DNA of 64,000 bases from Eubacteriales bacterium (GTDB lineage Bacteria; Bacillota; Clostridia; Oscillospirales; CAG-382): contig JAZSOO010000023.1 of the NCBI GenBank assembly GCA_045536935.1, positions 3,651 through 67,650 of the forward strand, read 5' to 3'. Position 1 is the stretch's first letter. Each line of letters begins with the position of its first letter. Below the pieces are notes generated by a model. It searched no databases. It saw only the letters and a list, made by a program, of their open reading frames with translations, and was not told where the DNA came from. The position numbers and the translations under genes were made by a program. Of this stretch, positions 27,205 through 37,594 are shown piece after piece.

Positions 27205-27445
27205 TACAGTGTTGTTTTACAGCTCCCGAAAGTCAATTTCGGGGGCTGTTTTTTTACGTTTTAGACGTTCCTTTAAGTTAGTTTTAAGAAAGATTGTGTT
27301 TTGTGTGAAAAACACCGATAATGTTTTTGTGAGTCTTTACAAAAAAGATGATTGTGCACAAAAAATTCTGTAAAATTGTTGCAATTCAGAAAAGAATATG
27401 TTATTATCTACGCAGAATGAAAAAATATTTGAAAGGAAATTTATC

Positions 27446-29143
27446 ATGAAAAAAAGTCTTAGCTTCATTCTTTCCGCAATCATGTTGCTCTGCGTTTTTG
27501 CTGTTCCTCTCAGCGTTACCGCAGTAGACATTATGACTCCTTACGACGTACCTAAGGTATTGTTCTATACCGAAAACGGCGTAACTCCTCCTTCCGATAA
27601 AACCAAGATCAACACCGAAATTTATATTATCGATGAAGAAGGCGGCGAATACGAAACAATTCACTGTGCATTGGAAGAAGGCACTACCGTTAACGTAAGA
27701 GGTAACTCCACTTCCGCTGCTCACAAAAAGGCTTATAACTTCAAGTTCGATTCCAAGACCGACGTTCTCGGTATGGGCAAGAACAAAAAATGGTCCTTGC
27801 TTGCAAATGCTTATGAAAAGACATTGCTCCGTAACCAGATGGTTCTCGACGTTGCAGGTCAGGTCGGCGTTCCCTATACTCCCGACTACAGAGTAGTTGA
27901 CGTTTATATGAACGACGTTCTTCTCGGTTCCTACCTCCTCGTTGATTCTGTTGAGGTTAGTTCCACCCGTGTTGATATCGATACCGATAATAACGAATTC
28001 CTTCTCGAGCTCGACTACAACACCCCCGATGAAGACAGCCAGTACTTCTATTCCAGCCAATACAATATCAAGTTCGCTATTAACGAACCCCAGCTCGAAG
28101 ACCTTACTACCGAACAGTACAGCTATTTGACCGACCTTATCACAAAGGCGGAACAGGCTCTCAAGACCGGCAGAATTTCCGAGATCGAAAAGTATTTCGA
28201 TATTGAATCGATGGCAAGCTTCTATCTTGTTCTCGAATTCTTCAGAAACGTTGACGTAAACACAAGCTCCACCCGTTTCCACGTTAAGGGCGGCAAAATT
28301 TACGGCGGTCCTGTTTGGGACTTCGACCTTTCCTCCGGTAACTACCGTGAAGATTACTACACCACAATGTACGATTCCAAGGGTAATTCCTATGCAGGCC
28401 TTCACGCTGTAAACCTTCCTTGGTTCGGTGCACTTGTAAAAGTTTCCGACTTCCAGAATACCGTTGAAGATAAATTCCTTGAATGTCAGGACCTTTTCGT
28501 GAACATTTATGCGGATAACGTCAACGGTCAGAACCGTATCGACAAAACCATCGATACTTATGGTAAATCTTTTGCCCGTAACTATAACGAAGCAGGCTGG
28601 AAATTTGCTGTTCAGACCGACGGTTTCGTTCTCGAACGCACTCCTCTCCCCACATACGAAGAAAACGTTGAATACTACCGTCAATGGCTCAAAGACCGTA
28701 ACGAATGGTTGCTCGAAGAATGGGGCCTTGATAATACCACCGTTACCATGAACTCCAATTCCACCTTCGTTCAGGACGGTTACCTCATCAAGGGTGCAGA
28801 GGCAGGTATGAAGGTTTCTGCTCTTATGGCAAACTTCACTTCCGGCACTTCTCTTATGAAGGACGGTGTTGCTCTCGCAAGCACCGCAAATATTCCCAAC
28901 GGCGCAGTTGTCACAAAGGGCGGCGCATCTTACGCAGTAATCGTTAAGGGTGACGTTGACGGAACCGGCGAACTCGCTATTAACGACTATATAATGGTTA
29001 AACGTGCTTGTATGGGCAACATTGTTCTCGAAGGCATCGACAATTTGGCAGCAGACGTAGATAACGACGAAGCATTCGGCATATTCGACTATTTGCTCCT
29101 CAAGCGTCACGTTATGGGAACCTACGACATTTACGCAGACTAA
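27446..29143 (+). CDS. Secreted CotH kinase-family protein with C-terminal dockerin-like domain
   Basis: Signal peptide; VRGNST..KKAY.FKF, KKWSLLAN..KTLLRN, GPVWDFDLS.GN; C-terminal GDVDGTG..INDY..VKR...AADVDND....DYLLLKR duplicated Ca-loop. Confidence 0.85.
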   Translation: MKKSLSFILSAIMLLCVFAVPLSVTAVDIMTPYDVPKVLFYTENGVTPPSDKTKINTEIYIIDEEGGEYETIHCALEEGTTVNVRGNSTSAAHKKAYNFKFDSKTDVLGMGKNKKWSLLANAYEKTLLRNQMVLDVAGQVGVPYTPDYRVVDVYMNDVLLGSYLLVDSVEVSSTRVDIDTDNNEFLLELDYNTPDEDSQYFYSSQYNIKFAINEPQLEDLTTEQYSYLTDLITKAEQALKTGRISEIEKYFDIESMASFYLVLEFFRNVDVNTSSTRFHVKGGKIYGGPVWDFDLSSGNYREDYYTTMYDSKGNSYAGLHAVNLPWFGALVKVSDFQNTVEDKFLECQDLFVNIYADNVNGQNRIDKTIDTYGKSFARNYNEAGWKFAVQTDGFVLERTPLPTYEENVEYYRQWLKDRNEWLLEEWGLDNTTVTMNSNSTFVQDGYLIKGAEAGMKVSALMANFTSGTSLMKDGVALASTANIPNGAVVTKGGASYAVIVKGDVDGTGELAINDYIMVKRACMGNIVLEGIDNLAADVDNDEAFGIFDYLLLKRHVMGTYDIYAD

Positions 29144-29170
29144 CAGCACACGAAGGATTAATAGGGTATA

Positions 29171-30022
29171 ATGAAAAAATTTCTTGTTTGGATATTAGTG
29201 ATCAGCATGCTTGCTCTTGTTGCATGCGGTGGTAATGATGAAACGAGCGTTCCGGAGACCGATCCTAACGCACCCGGCGATATGTTCGTTCATTACATCG
29301 ACGTTGGACAGGGAGATGCGATCTTTATCGAATTCCCCAACAAAGCGACAATGTTGATCGACGCAGGTGATACTGCACACGCAGATAAAGTCACCTCTTA
29401 CATCGGCGACTTGGGTTATAATACGATCGATTACGTTATTGCAACCCATCCTCACGCCGGTCACATCGGCGGTTTGAAAGCTGTTTTTGAAAAGTTCACG
29501 GTAAAAAGGATCTATATGACCAATAAGTCTACCGAGGAACAGGAATATATCGATCTTCTCAGCGCTATCGAAAATGAAGGACTTAAAAAGCTGCCCGCTG
29601 TTGCAGGCAATACCATCAAAGATATCGCAGATAACGTAACGGGTACGTTCCTTGCTCACAGAACACTTTCGGCAGATCTGCACGATAGCTGTGCTGTATT
29701 CCAGCTCACTTACGGAAACCGTTCCTTCCTCTTTATGAGCGATGCGGGCTTCGAAGAAGAAGAAAGCATTGCTTGGGATTATAAGAGTGACGTTGTCAAG
29801 GTTGCCGCTCATGGCAGCAACAAGGCTTCGAGCCTTGAATTCCTCAAGAATACAAAAGCAAGTATTGCAGTAATTTCTTGCGGCAAGGACAACGCTCCTG
29901 CAAAAGAAACTCTCGAAAATCTTGATAAAGCAGGAATCAAGCAGGTTCTCCGTACCGACGAAAAGGGTGACATCACCATTAAGACTAACGGTGACGCTCT
30001 TGAGATCACAAAAGGTAAATAA
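29171..30022 (+). CDS. ComEC/Rec2-like metallo-beta-lactamase-fold lipoprotein with degenerate metal site
   Basis: Lipobox LVAC; IDVGQGDA, MLIDAG, THPHAGHIGG, KVAAHGS, RTDEKG. Confidence 0.8.
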   Translation: MKKFLVWILVISMLALVACGGNDETSVPETDPNAPGDMFVHYIDVGQGDAIFIEFPNKATMLIDAGDTAHADKVTSYIGDLGYNTIDYVIATHPHAGHIGGLKAVFEKFTVKRIYMTNKSTEEQEYIDLLSAIENEGLKKLPAVAGNTIKDIADNVTGTFLAHRTLSADLHDSCAVFQLTYGNRSFLFMSDAGFEEEESIAWDYKSDVVKVAAHGSNKASSLEFLKNTKASIAVISCGKDNAPAKETLENLDKAGIKQVLRTDEKGDITIKTNGDALEITKGK

Positions 30023-30108
30023 GTAACAAAAAAAGAAACCGAGTGATGTGAAAATCACTCGGTTTTTTGTTGTGGTTATTTTTGCGAATGAAATGAGCAA
30101 AGGGGTCA

Positions 30109-31311
30109 TCAATCAATATCAATACAATCCCTCTCCAAGGCGTTCAAAAACGCTGTTGCTGTATAGATCTCATATCCGCCGATTATGTCTGCGTTTTCCA
30201 CCTCGATTACTTTGTCCATAAACGCTGTATAGACGAATTTCGGTGTTGGGTTGATAATAAGTACCTTTTTACCTTCTGCCTCGTATCCGAAATTAAAATT
30301 TATCTGCGAACGCTTAAGCTCAACTCTTAAAAATCTAACTATCTTAAGAAAAGCACCGCAACCGCCGGGGAAGATGAATAACGGCATATACTTTTTCGGA
30401 CAGCCGATAAGCTTGCAGGAAAAACGCCTATCCCCGATATAAACGGAAAAGCTTTCTCCTTTATAAATCCCCGTTGCAGAACGGTAACGGAAATTGATCT
30501 TTGACAGCGTGTAATTTCTTTCCTCACATATCTTATACAGCCTTTTTAGGAACTTTCTTCGCTTGCTGTATGCACGGATATAACGCGTGAAGAACGGTAT
30601 AAATAAAGCAATGACAATAAGTATCAAGAATTTTAAAGTGAACGCACGTGAAAAAGCTATCATTATCGTTCGAAGAACGGGAAGCAACATCATTAAACCC
30701 AAACCGCCGACGATGTAAGCAACACAAACGAGCATCGTTTCCTTGAAAAGACCGCCCTTTTTGTACTTTTTCTTGCGTTTTTGGAATTCTTCCATTGGCT
30801 TATGCCATATCCAAACCTTAATAGCCGTCGTATATCCCAATACGATAAGCGGTGTAAAACAGATAATAACCACCCAACGAACCATATCAAGCGGAACGAT
30901 TTGCGCTATTCCTGCGTATTGTGCATAAGCAGGGAAGATAAGCGTGAAGAATACGAACAAACCCCATCTTATAAGAAAATACTTGTTCTTGAAAAGGAAT
31001 TTAACTCTTTCCCAAAAAGTGCTCGGCTGTGTCTCTATATTGAAAAAAGATTCCTTCAAAGGATTGTCGAATATAGCCATAACTCTTGCAAGAGAGAATA
31101 TCAAAAAGAAGGGTATGGTTGCGGTTATTATGTTTATCGGCAAAGCAAGCTCTTCGCCAAGAATAAAGCTTTGCTCCCAATAAATGCTTTTATACGTAAG
31201 ATTGGCTGAATTCCAAATATTAATTATTAAATTGCACAACAAAAACGTTGCGTTTATCTGAAAGGTTCTTCCGAAATTCGCAACCTTCTTTTCGTCGAAT
31301 TTTTCGAGCAT
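30109..31311 (-). CDS. Hypothetical multi-pass membrane protein with basic C-terminal domain
   Basis: About 6 hydrophobic segments; co-oriented after the AlkD-like gene with a GAGG RBS. Confidence 0.65.
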   Translation of the reverse strand: MLEKFDEKKVANFGRTFQINATFLLCNLIINIWNSANLTYKSIYWEQSFILGEELALPINIITATIPFFLIFSLARVMAIFDNPLKESFFNIETQPSTFWERVKFLFKNKYFLIRWGLFVFFTLIFPAYAQYAGIAQIVPLDMVRWVVIICFTPLIVLGYTTAIKVWIWHKPMEEFQKRKKKYKKGGLFKETMLVCVAYIVGGLGLMMLLPVLRTIMIAFSRAFTLKFLILIVIALFIPFFTRYIRAYSKRRKFLKRLYKICEERNYTLSKINFRYRSATGIYKGESFSVYIGDRRFSCKLIGCPKKYMPLFIFPGGCGAFLKIVRFLRVELKRSQINFNFGYEAEGKKVLIINPTPKFVYTAFMDKVIEVENADIIGGYEIYTATAFLNALERDCIDID

Positions 31312-31320
31312 ATCAAAACC

Positions 31321-32004
31321 TCAATTCTGTTTGAAGCTCCTCAAAACAGCTTTTCTTTCATCGCTTATACGGTAGCTTTCAACAGCCTTTTGAATGGCTT
31401 TCAGCCTTGCACTTTCCTCAATACGCCTTTCCGAAATAAATGGGAGAATATCGTCGTATTGCTTTGCAAGCGCCGTTGCAAAATACCAAGCAACTGCCGT
31501 TATTATATAATAATCGTCACATTTTGTCAACGCAACCTTGTTTGCATATTCAATATCAAAACGCTCGTCAAGAAAGTACCTCATCAAGCAAATGATTGCA
31601 AAACGAACGGTGTAGGTGTGTTCCGATCCAAGCCAGATATCAATATACGGCAAAAGCTTTTCGGGGTCTTTATAAAAGCACTTCGGCGATAACTGATCGC
31701 AGGTCGCCCAATTGTCGATATAGGGCAGAAAGTCACCGACCTTTTCGATACAAACCGAAAAGTCTTTTTCCGATGAGATCAAAAACGAATGTAACTGATT
31801 CTCGTCAAAATATTTATGGGGTAGCGTTGACAAAAATTCTTTCTCTGCGTCACTTCCGTGAAGTTCTTTTGCGAGTTTTTTTAGTATAGGCGTACGGACT
31901 CCGATAAAAAGCTCTTTTTTAATATTCGGTATTAAAGGACTTTGAAAATCACGGTATTTTTCATCACGCAATTCAAAAAGCCGTTTTTGTATATCGGTCA
32001 GCAT
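31321..32004 (-). CDS. DNA alkylation repair protein (AlkD-like HEAT-repeat family)
   Basis: IGVRTP.L, LPH.YF.EN, FLPYIDNWATCD, YY...AVAW..ATALAKQ, KAIQKA.ES.RI. Confidence 0.85.
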   Translation of the reverse strand: MLTDIQKRLFELRDEKYRDFQSPLIPNIKKELFIGVRTPILKKLAKELHGSDAEKEFLSTLPHKYFDENQLHSFLISSEKDFSVCIEKVGDFLPYIDNWATCDQLSPKCFYKDPEKLLPYIDIWLGSEHTYTVRFAIICLMRYFLDERFDIEYANKVALTKCDDYYIITAVAWYFATALAKQYDDILPFISERRIEESARLKAIQKAVESYRISDERKAVLRSFKQN

Positions 32005-32903
32005 TTTTTCGCCTTACCGCCTTTAACGATATTAAGAATTATATAAGCAATAATAGAAACCAAAACCGTAACACCGACAACTGCAAACATTGCACCGATA
32101 GGAACCTTTTCGTCCATAAAATACAGATTGCAGTCAATTGCATTTTTAATTTCTTCGACAGCATCGGTCGTAAGACCTGCTTCTTTAAGTGCATTTAAAG
32201 CACCTCTCATAGAATGATTGCGGAAAAGTACGGTTCCGTAGGTACCGGGGAGGAAGGAAAGAAGGTCTTGCAATCCCTCTCCAAACTGCGAAATAGGCAT
32301 ATATGCACCGCAAATAAAACCGTAACAAGAGCTTACAATACTGCCGACAGCAGATATTGCCCCCTGCGAGGAAAGGAAGAATCCAATAACCGACGAAAGC
32401 GCCGTTCCGAACATGACCATAATAAAAATATCAAGTATAAGGAACAATACGTCGGCAACCGATAGATACCAACCTGTCACAGCAAGGTATATCAAACAAG
32501 CACCGAGAGCAACCAAGCAAATAAAGAAGGTTGCAATAAAGGTTGCGACGTAATAAGAAAAGGCAACGTGCGAGCTTTTAACGGGAGAAACTGCAATATC
32601 GTTTACCGCACCGTTCACCTTGTCCTGAACCATAAGCATATTCGAGCAAAAGGCAACGGTAATACAGCTGACCGCAAGCAGGGAAGACATAAGCTGACCG
32701 CCGACGCAACCGTCGATGATATTTTCGTCAATATTAAGAAATTCGGGGATAGAAAGCATAAAGCTGTCACGGTATACGTTTCCAAGGAAGGTCGTATACA
32801 GCACAAGAAGAATTAAGGGGGTTATCAGCGACGTGAAAAACAGACCCTTGTCCTTGAAAAATAGTTTAAGGTTTCTGCCTATAAGACATCTGACTGTTTT
32901 CAT
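31998..32903 (-). CDS. ABC-2 type transporter permease
   Basis: RNLKLFFKDK, V.DK..G...D..VSP, GFICGAYMPI; follows the ATPase. Confidence 0.88.
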   Translation of the reverse strand: MKTVRCLIGRNLKLFFKDKGLFFTSLITPLILLVLYTTFLGNVYRDSFMLSIPEFLNIDENIIDGCVGGQLMSSLLAVSCITVAFCSNMLMVQDKVNGAVNDIAVSPVKSSHVAFSYYVATFIATFFICLVALGACLIYLAVTGWYLSVADVLFLILDIFIMVMFGTALSSVIGFFLSSQGAISAVGSIVSSCYGFICGAYMPISQFGEGLQDLLSFLPGTYGTVLFRNHSMRGALNALKEAGLTTDAVEEIKNAIDCNLYFMDEKVPIGAMFAVVGVTVLVSIIAYIILNIVKGGKAKKC

Positions 32904-32905
32904 AT

Positions 32906-33814
32906 TTACGCCTCCTCTCCAAGCTTCTTGCCCGTAACGGCAAGAAAAACGTCGTCCATATCGCCTTTTGTTATCTCATAATCCCTGAATTTTTCGGGAT
33001 ATTTGATGATCAATTGCGTTGCGCTTTCTGTGTTAGGAACTTTAATTCTGAAAGCATCTTTAACAGCTTCAAAGGGATATCCAAATCCTTCAACGTCTTC
33101 TTCGTTCACACCGTAAAGCGTGATATAATCGCCCGTAAAACGGTTTTTAAGCTCGTGCGGAGTACCTTCCGCAGCAATACGGCCGGAATCAAGAATAACA
33201 ACGTTGTCTGCGTTTGCGGCTTCTTCCATATAATGCGTTGTAAGGAAAACGGTAATGCCTTCGTTTTTTTGAAGCTTTTTAACGACCTTCCAAACGGTGT
33301 TTCTCGTCTGCGGGTCAAGCCCCGTTGTCGGCTCGTCGAGAATAAGTATCTTCGGCTTGTGTATAAGCGCACGCGCAATATCGATCCTGCGTTTCTGACC
33401 GCCCGAAAGCTTTGATAAAGTCCGTTTAAGTAGCGGTTCGAGATCTAAAAGCTCGGTAAGCTCATTCAAACGGTTTTTAAATTCACTGCCATAAATTCCG
33501 TAAAGCGATGCACGGTTTTTAAGATTGTCGTAAACAGAAAGAGGGGAATCGAGAACCGAATGCTGAAATACAACGCCGATATCACGCTTGATCACGTTCA
33601 TATTCTTTTTGATGTCGTTGCCGTTCACCGTAACGGTTCCGTGATCGGACAAAAGCTGACCGCAGATTATGGAAATGGTCGTACTCTTTCCTGCACCGTT
33701 CTGCCCGAGAAAAGCGAAAAGCTCGTTTTCTTTCACCGAAAAACTAATTCCGTCAACAGCCTTGACCTCTCCGAAATACTTTTTCAGATCCTTAATTTCA
33801 ATAATAGGCTTCAT
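32906..33814 (-). CDS. ABC transporter ATP-binding protein (DrrA-like)
   Basis: GQNGAGKST, LSGGQ, LILDEPTTGLD, TTHYMEEA. Confidence 0.93.
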   Translation of the reverse strand: MKPIIEIKDLKKYFGEVKAVDGISFSVKENELFAFLGQNGAGKSTTISIICGQLLSDHGTVTVNGNDIKKNMNVIKRDIGVVFQHSVLDSPLSVYDNLKNRASLYGIYGSEFKNRLNELTELLDLEPLLKRTLSKLSGGQKRRIDIARALIHKPKILILDEPTTGLDPQTRNTVWKVVKKLQKNEGITVFLTTHYMEEAANADNVVILDSGRIAAEGTPHELKNRFTGDYITLYGVNEEDVEGFGYPFEAVKDAFRIKVPNTESATQLIIKYPEKFRDYEITKGDMDDVFLAVTGKKLGEEA

Positions 33815-33848
33815 ATCGAAAAACCTCCAATGTGTTCTTGACGGTTAT

Positions 33849-33869
33849 ATGATATCATAACGATATCAT
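33849..33869. promoter_or_regulatory. Palindromic operator inside the ABC-operon promoter
   Basis: ATGATATC-ataac-GATATCAT between minus-strand TTGACA and a TATCAT -10. Confidence 0.6.
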
Positions 33870-34048
33870 CGTTGTCAAGAGGAATTGAAAATTTTGACAA
33901 AAAGCCGTCTTGTTGCAAACTGCTCAAAAAAAGAAGGGTGTAACAGGAAAAAATTTGTAAAAATTCGGTTTTTATGGTGTTGAAAAATGGTAACGTTTGT
34001 GTTATTATTATCCTAATAAAGATTTTGTTTATGAAAAGGAGTCAGACT

Positions 34049-35557
34049 ATGGCATTCTATTTTGAACAGGAGTCCCACACATTCAGTGAGTACCTTCTCG
34101 TTCCCGGTTATTCGTCTGCGGAATGTATCCCTGCTAACGTAAGCTTGCGTACACCTCTTACAAAGTTCCGTAAAGGCGAAGAACCGAAGATCTCTCTTAA
34201 TATTCCGCTTGTTTCTGCAATAATGCAGTCGGTCTCCGACGATAAAATGGCTATCGCTCTTGCAAAAGAGGGCGGCTTGTCTTTCATTTACGGTTCTCAG
34301 TCTATCGAGAACGAGGCTGCAATGGTTCGCCGTGTTAAGAACCATAAAGCAGGCTTCGTTACTTCCGATTCCAACGTTTGCGTTGACGATACTCTCGCCG
34401 ACGTTATCGCTTTGACCGAAAAGACCGGTCATTCTACTATTGCCGTTACCGATGACGGAACTGCCAACGGCAAGCTTATGGGTATCGTAACCTCTCGTGA
34501 CTACCGTGTTTCGAGAATGGACAAGGATACCAAGGTCTCTGAATTCATGACCCCCTTCGAAAAGCTCGTTTATGCTTATGAAGGAACCTCGCTCAAAGAA
34601 GCAAACGACATCATCTGGGATAACAAGCTCAATTCGCTTCCCATAATTGATAAGGACGGAAAGCTTTGCTATTTCGTATTCCGCAAGGACTATGCTTTCC
34701 ATAAGGAAAACCCTCTTGAACTTCTCGATTCTCAAAAACGTTATATGGTCGGCGCAGGTATCAATACCCGTGACTATGAAGAACGTGTTCCCGCACTTGT
34801 AGAAGCAGGCGCAGACGTGCTTTGTATCGACTCTTCGGAAGGCTTTTCCGAATGGCAGGCACGCACTCTTAAGTTCATTCGTGAAAAATACGGCGATACC
34901 GTAAAGGTCGGCGCAGGTAACGTTGTTGACAGAGAAGGCTTTATGTTCCTTGCAGAAGCAGGCGCAGACTTCATCAAGATCGGTATCGGCGGCGGTTCTA
35001 TCTGTATCACCCGTGAACAAAAGGGTATCGGCAGAGGACAGGCTACTGCAGTTATCGAGGTTGCAAAGGCTCGTGACGAATATTTCGAAAAGACCGGTGT
35101 GTATATCCCGATCTGTTCCGACGGCGGTATCGTTTACGATTACCATATAACCCTTGCTCTCGCTATGGGTTCGGACTTCATCATGCTCGGCAGATATTTC
35201 TCCCGTTTCGACGAAAGCCCTACAAACAAGGTAAATATAAACGGTCAGTTTATGAAAGAATATTGGGGCGAAGGCTCTGCACGTGCCCGTAACTGGCAGC
35301 GTTACGATATGGGCGGCGATAAGAAGCTCTCCTTTGAAGAAGGTGTCGATTCCTACGTTCCCTATGCAGGCCCGCTTAAAGATAACGTCGGCTTGACGTT
35401 AAGCAAGGTTCGTTCCACAATGTGCAACTGCGGTGCTCTCTCCATTCCCGAACTTCAGCAAAACGCAAAGATCACCCTCGTTTCCGCAACTTCCATCATC
35501 GAGGGCGGTGCACACGACGTTGTGCTTAAGGATAAAACAGCAACTCCCGTAAAATAA
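34049..35557 (+). CDS. guaB: IMP dehydrogenase with CBS domains
   Basis: [56 protein letters not shown]. Confidence 0.95.
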   Translation: MAFYFEQESHTFSEYLLVPGYSSAECIPANVSLRTPLTKFRKGEEPKISLNIPLVSAIMQSVSDDKMAIALAKEGGLSFIYGSQSIENEAAMVRRVKNHKAGFVTSDSNVCVDDTLADVIALTEKTGHSTIAVTDDGTANGKLMGIVTSRDYRVSRMDKDTKVSEFMTPFEKLVYAYEGTSLKEANDIIWDNKLNSLPIIDKDGKLCYFVFRKDYAFHKENPLELLDSQKRYMVGAGINTRDYEERVPALVEAGADVLCIDSSEGFSEWQARTLKFIREKYGDTVKVGAGNVVDREGFMFLAEAGADFIKIGIGGGSICITREQKGIGRGQATAVIEVAKARDEYFEKTGVYIPICSDGGIVYDYHITLALAMGSDFIMLGRYFSRFDESPTNKVNINGQFMKEYWGEGSARARNWQRYDMGGDKKLSFEEGVDSYVPYAGPLKDNVGLTLSKVRSTMCNCGALSIPELQQNAKITLVSATSIIEGGAHDVVLKDKTATPVK

Positions 35558-35579
35558 TCATTAAGAAAGGAAACAAAAA

Positions 35580-35807
35580 ATGAAAAAGGTTATCTGCAAG
35601 GTAGAATACGATACCGATAACGCTCAGATCGTTGAAAAACGCACTTTCGGCAACTTCGGCGATGCAGACGGATATGAAGAAACCCTTTACAAGACCGCAC
35701 AGGATAAATTCTTCCTCTATGTAAACGGCGGTTCCGAATCTAAATATCCCGAAGAAAACATCAAGAGAATGTCTGCTGATAAAGCAAACGAATGGCTCGG
35801 TAAATAA
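35580..35807 (+). CDS. Small conserved hypothetical protein
   Basis: MKKVICKVEYDTDNA...YEETLYKT...FFLY..GG..SKY; strong AAAGGA RBS; host-like codon usage. Confidence 0.75.
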   Translation: MKKVICKVEYDTDNAQIVEKRTFGNFGDADGYEETLYKTAQDKFFLYVNGGSESKYPEENIKRMSADKANEWLGK

Positions 35808-35831
35808 GAACAAAAACGAAAACAGACCGTT

Positions 35832-36413
35832 TCAAACGGTCTGTTTTTTGTATACTGAAATTATATAATCTCCCTCTCGAAACACTTCGCAAGAAGGGAT
35901 AAGGTTTGAATATTCCACGGCTTTAAGATTCGTAATACCCGTTCCGAGATATTTAAAATATGCCTCTTTTGCAGTCCAGATCCTGAAAAAACGTTCTCTT
36001 TTTTCTTCTTCGCTCTCTGCAGAAAAGATAAATTCCTTTTCGGCTTCGGTACAGGCGATTTTTGTTACACGAAGGTTGATAGGACGCAAAAGCTCGATAT
36101 CAATGCCGATTTTCTCGTGGCTCACCGCACAAACAACGGCATCGCCCGAATGACTTATAGAAAATTCTGCATTCAAATCCAAGACAAAAGGCTTTCCGTT
36201 TTCGTCACGATCAAAACGTATGCTTTTTTCATCAACGCCCAGAAAGGCACTTATCGCCTTTCTTGCGAGATATTCGCCGAGCACAGTCCTTTTCCTGTCT
36301 TTTTCGTTTTTGTAACGTAAAACGGCATTTTTGCGTGTTTCTGACATCATCGAGAAGCATTCGTTATATTCATCTTCCGAAAAATCTTTAAGATAGGATA
36401 AATAAAACTTCAT
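35832..36413 (-). CDS. 4'-phosphopantetheinyl transferase (Sfp type)
   Basis: GKP, FSISHSG, IGIDIE, FFRIWTAKEAYFK..GTG. Confidence 0.9.
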   Translation of the reverse strand: MKFYLSYLKDFSEDEYNECFSMMSETRKNAVLRYKNEKDRKRTVLGEYLARKAISAFLGVDEKSIRFDRDENGKPFVLDLNAEFSISHSGDAVVCAVSHEKIGIDIELLRPINLRVTKIACTEAEKEFIFSAESEEEKRERFFRIWTAKEAYFKYLGTGITNLKAVEYSNLIPSCEVFREGDYIISVYKKQTV

Positions 36414-36419
36414 TAAAAA

Positions 36420-36824
36420 CTATTTCACTTCGCCGTCTTTTTTGTTCTTCTTGAATTGCTTTATAACAGCGTCGATAATGCTCGATTTCGTGTCCTTGCC
36501 CGAAGAAGCAACCTCGACAACGCTGACCTCGCCGTTTGCGATAACAAGGAAGGATATCGGCGTGACCGAAACCTTCGCACCCGAGCCCGCAGGCGTGTTC
36601 GATTTCTTAACGGTTGCGTTAATAACGCTTGCGCCGCCGCCTGCAAAGCCTGCAGAGATCTTGGAAACGGGAATGATAGTCATACCGTCGATCTCGATCT
36701 TTTCGCCGAGAACCGAATTTGCATCGGCAAGCTCGAGAGCTTTGTCGGCAGTAAAGGACATAAGCTGCATAAGATTTTCGGCAGCGGTAGGCTTGTTGGT
36801 TTTGGTTTCACTAATGTTGCTCAT
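36420..36824 (-). CDS. ytfJ: Sporulation protein YtfJ/GerW family
   Basis: DANSVLGEKI..IIPVSKISAGFAGGG..GSGAKVSVTPISFLVI. Confidence 0.85.
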   Translation of the reverse strand: MSNISETKTNKPTAAENLMQLMSFTADKALELADANSVLGEKIEIDGMTIIPVSKISAGFAGGGASVINATVKKSNTPAGSGAKVSVTPISFLVIANGEVSVVEVASSGKDTKSSIIDAVIKQFKKNKKDGEVK

Positions 36825-37461
36825 TAATTTTTGCCTCCTCGGAAGTGAGATTACGTAATAATGCACGTACAATATGAATAGTTCTTACAGAAAGATAAAT
36901 ATAAAATTCAAAGCTCGAATCATTTTCAAAATCACAGTATATTCGAATATCCTGCGCATTTTTCTTTGTCTTCAAGGTTGCGTCAAGATACCCCGCAAAA
37001 GGATAGACCGTCGAACATACCAAACCGTAGTCCATCGCCGCATCTGCGGCATCTCCACCACCGCAAACGGCAGAAAAACGAAGGTGATGAAGCTTGAACC
37101 GCTTTAAAAGCCAAACAGCCTCTCCTGCTATCAGCGAAACGGCGGTTATAACCTTGCTCACGGTGCTTGAAATACCCGTTTCCTCGGTGTTTTGCTTAAG
37201 CGAATCGCTGTCAGACAAAACGTCTACGCCGAACAGCTTCTTTAATTTCAATATAAATTTGCTTTGTTTTTTCTCTTTTTTCTCTTTTTTGGGCTTGTCG
37301 GGCTTGTTTATTCTGAACTTAAAAAACAAAACCCCAATGTAAAATTTTGCTTCACTCTGCGTTGAATAATCAAAAATAATACGGATACGCAGAGAAAGAA
37401 TAAACATCAACAATACAATAATCGCAAGCAAAAGGATACCGACTATTTTTAAAATAATCAT
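36811..37461 (-). CDS. DUF2953 (YtfI-like) membrane protein
   Basis: N-terminal TM, Lys-rich linker, GGGDAADAAMDYG motif, DF; upstream of ytfJ. Confidence 0.75.
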   Translation of the reverse strand: MIILKIVGILLLAIIVLLMFILSLRIRIIFDYSTQSEAKFYIGVLFFKFRINKPDKPKKEKKEKKQSKFILKLKKLFGVDVLSDSDSLKQNTEETGISSTVSKVITAVSLIAGEAVWLLKRFKLHHLRFSAVCGGGDAADAAMDYGLVCSTVYPFAGYLDATLKTKKNAQDIRIYCDFENDSSFEFYIYLSVRTIHIVRALLRNLTSEEAKINEQH

Positions 37462-37479
37462 AATTTCCTCCTTCTTGCA

Positions 37480-37509
37480 TAGTATTAACAGCTCAATTTT
37501 ATCATATAC
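37480..37509 (-). promoter_or_regulatory. Forespore SigF/SigG-type promoter for ytfI-ytfJ
   Basis: Minus strand GTATA-N18-AATACTA, same spacing as the spoVT promoter. Confidence 0.55.
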
Positions 37510-37594
37510 CGCCGATAAAATCAATATTTAATTTCGGCGGCATACCCAAGACAAACTAAAACCGCCGAACACAGTCGACGGTTTAAAAGTATGC

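Noticed and set aside
33880-34048. Purine riboswitch upstream of guaB
   Set aside because: No TATAAT..ATATGG...GTTTCTAC...CCGTAAA-type aptamer core found
35832-36413. NRPS/PKS cluster implied by the Sfp-type PPTase
   Set aside because: No carrier-protein or synthetase genes in the window; neighbours are sporulation and purine genes
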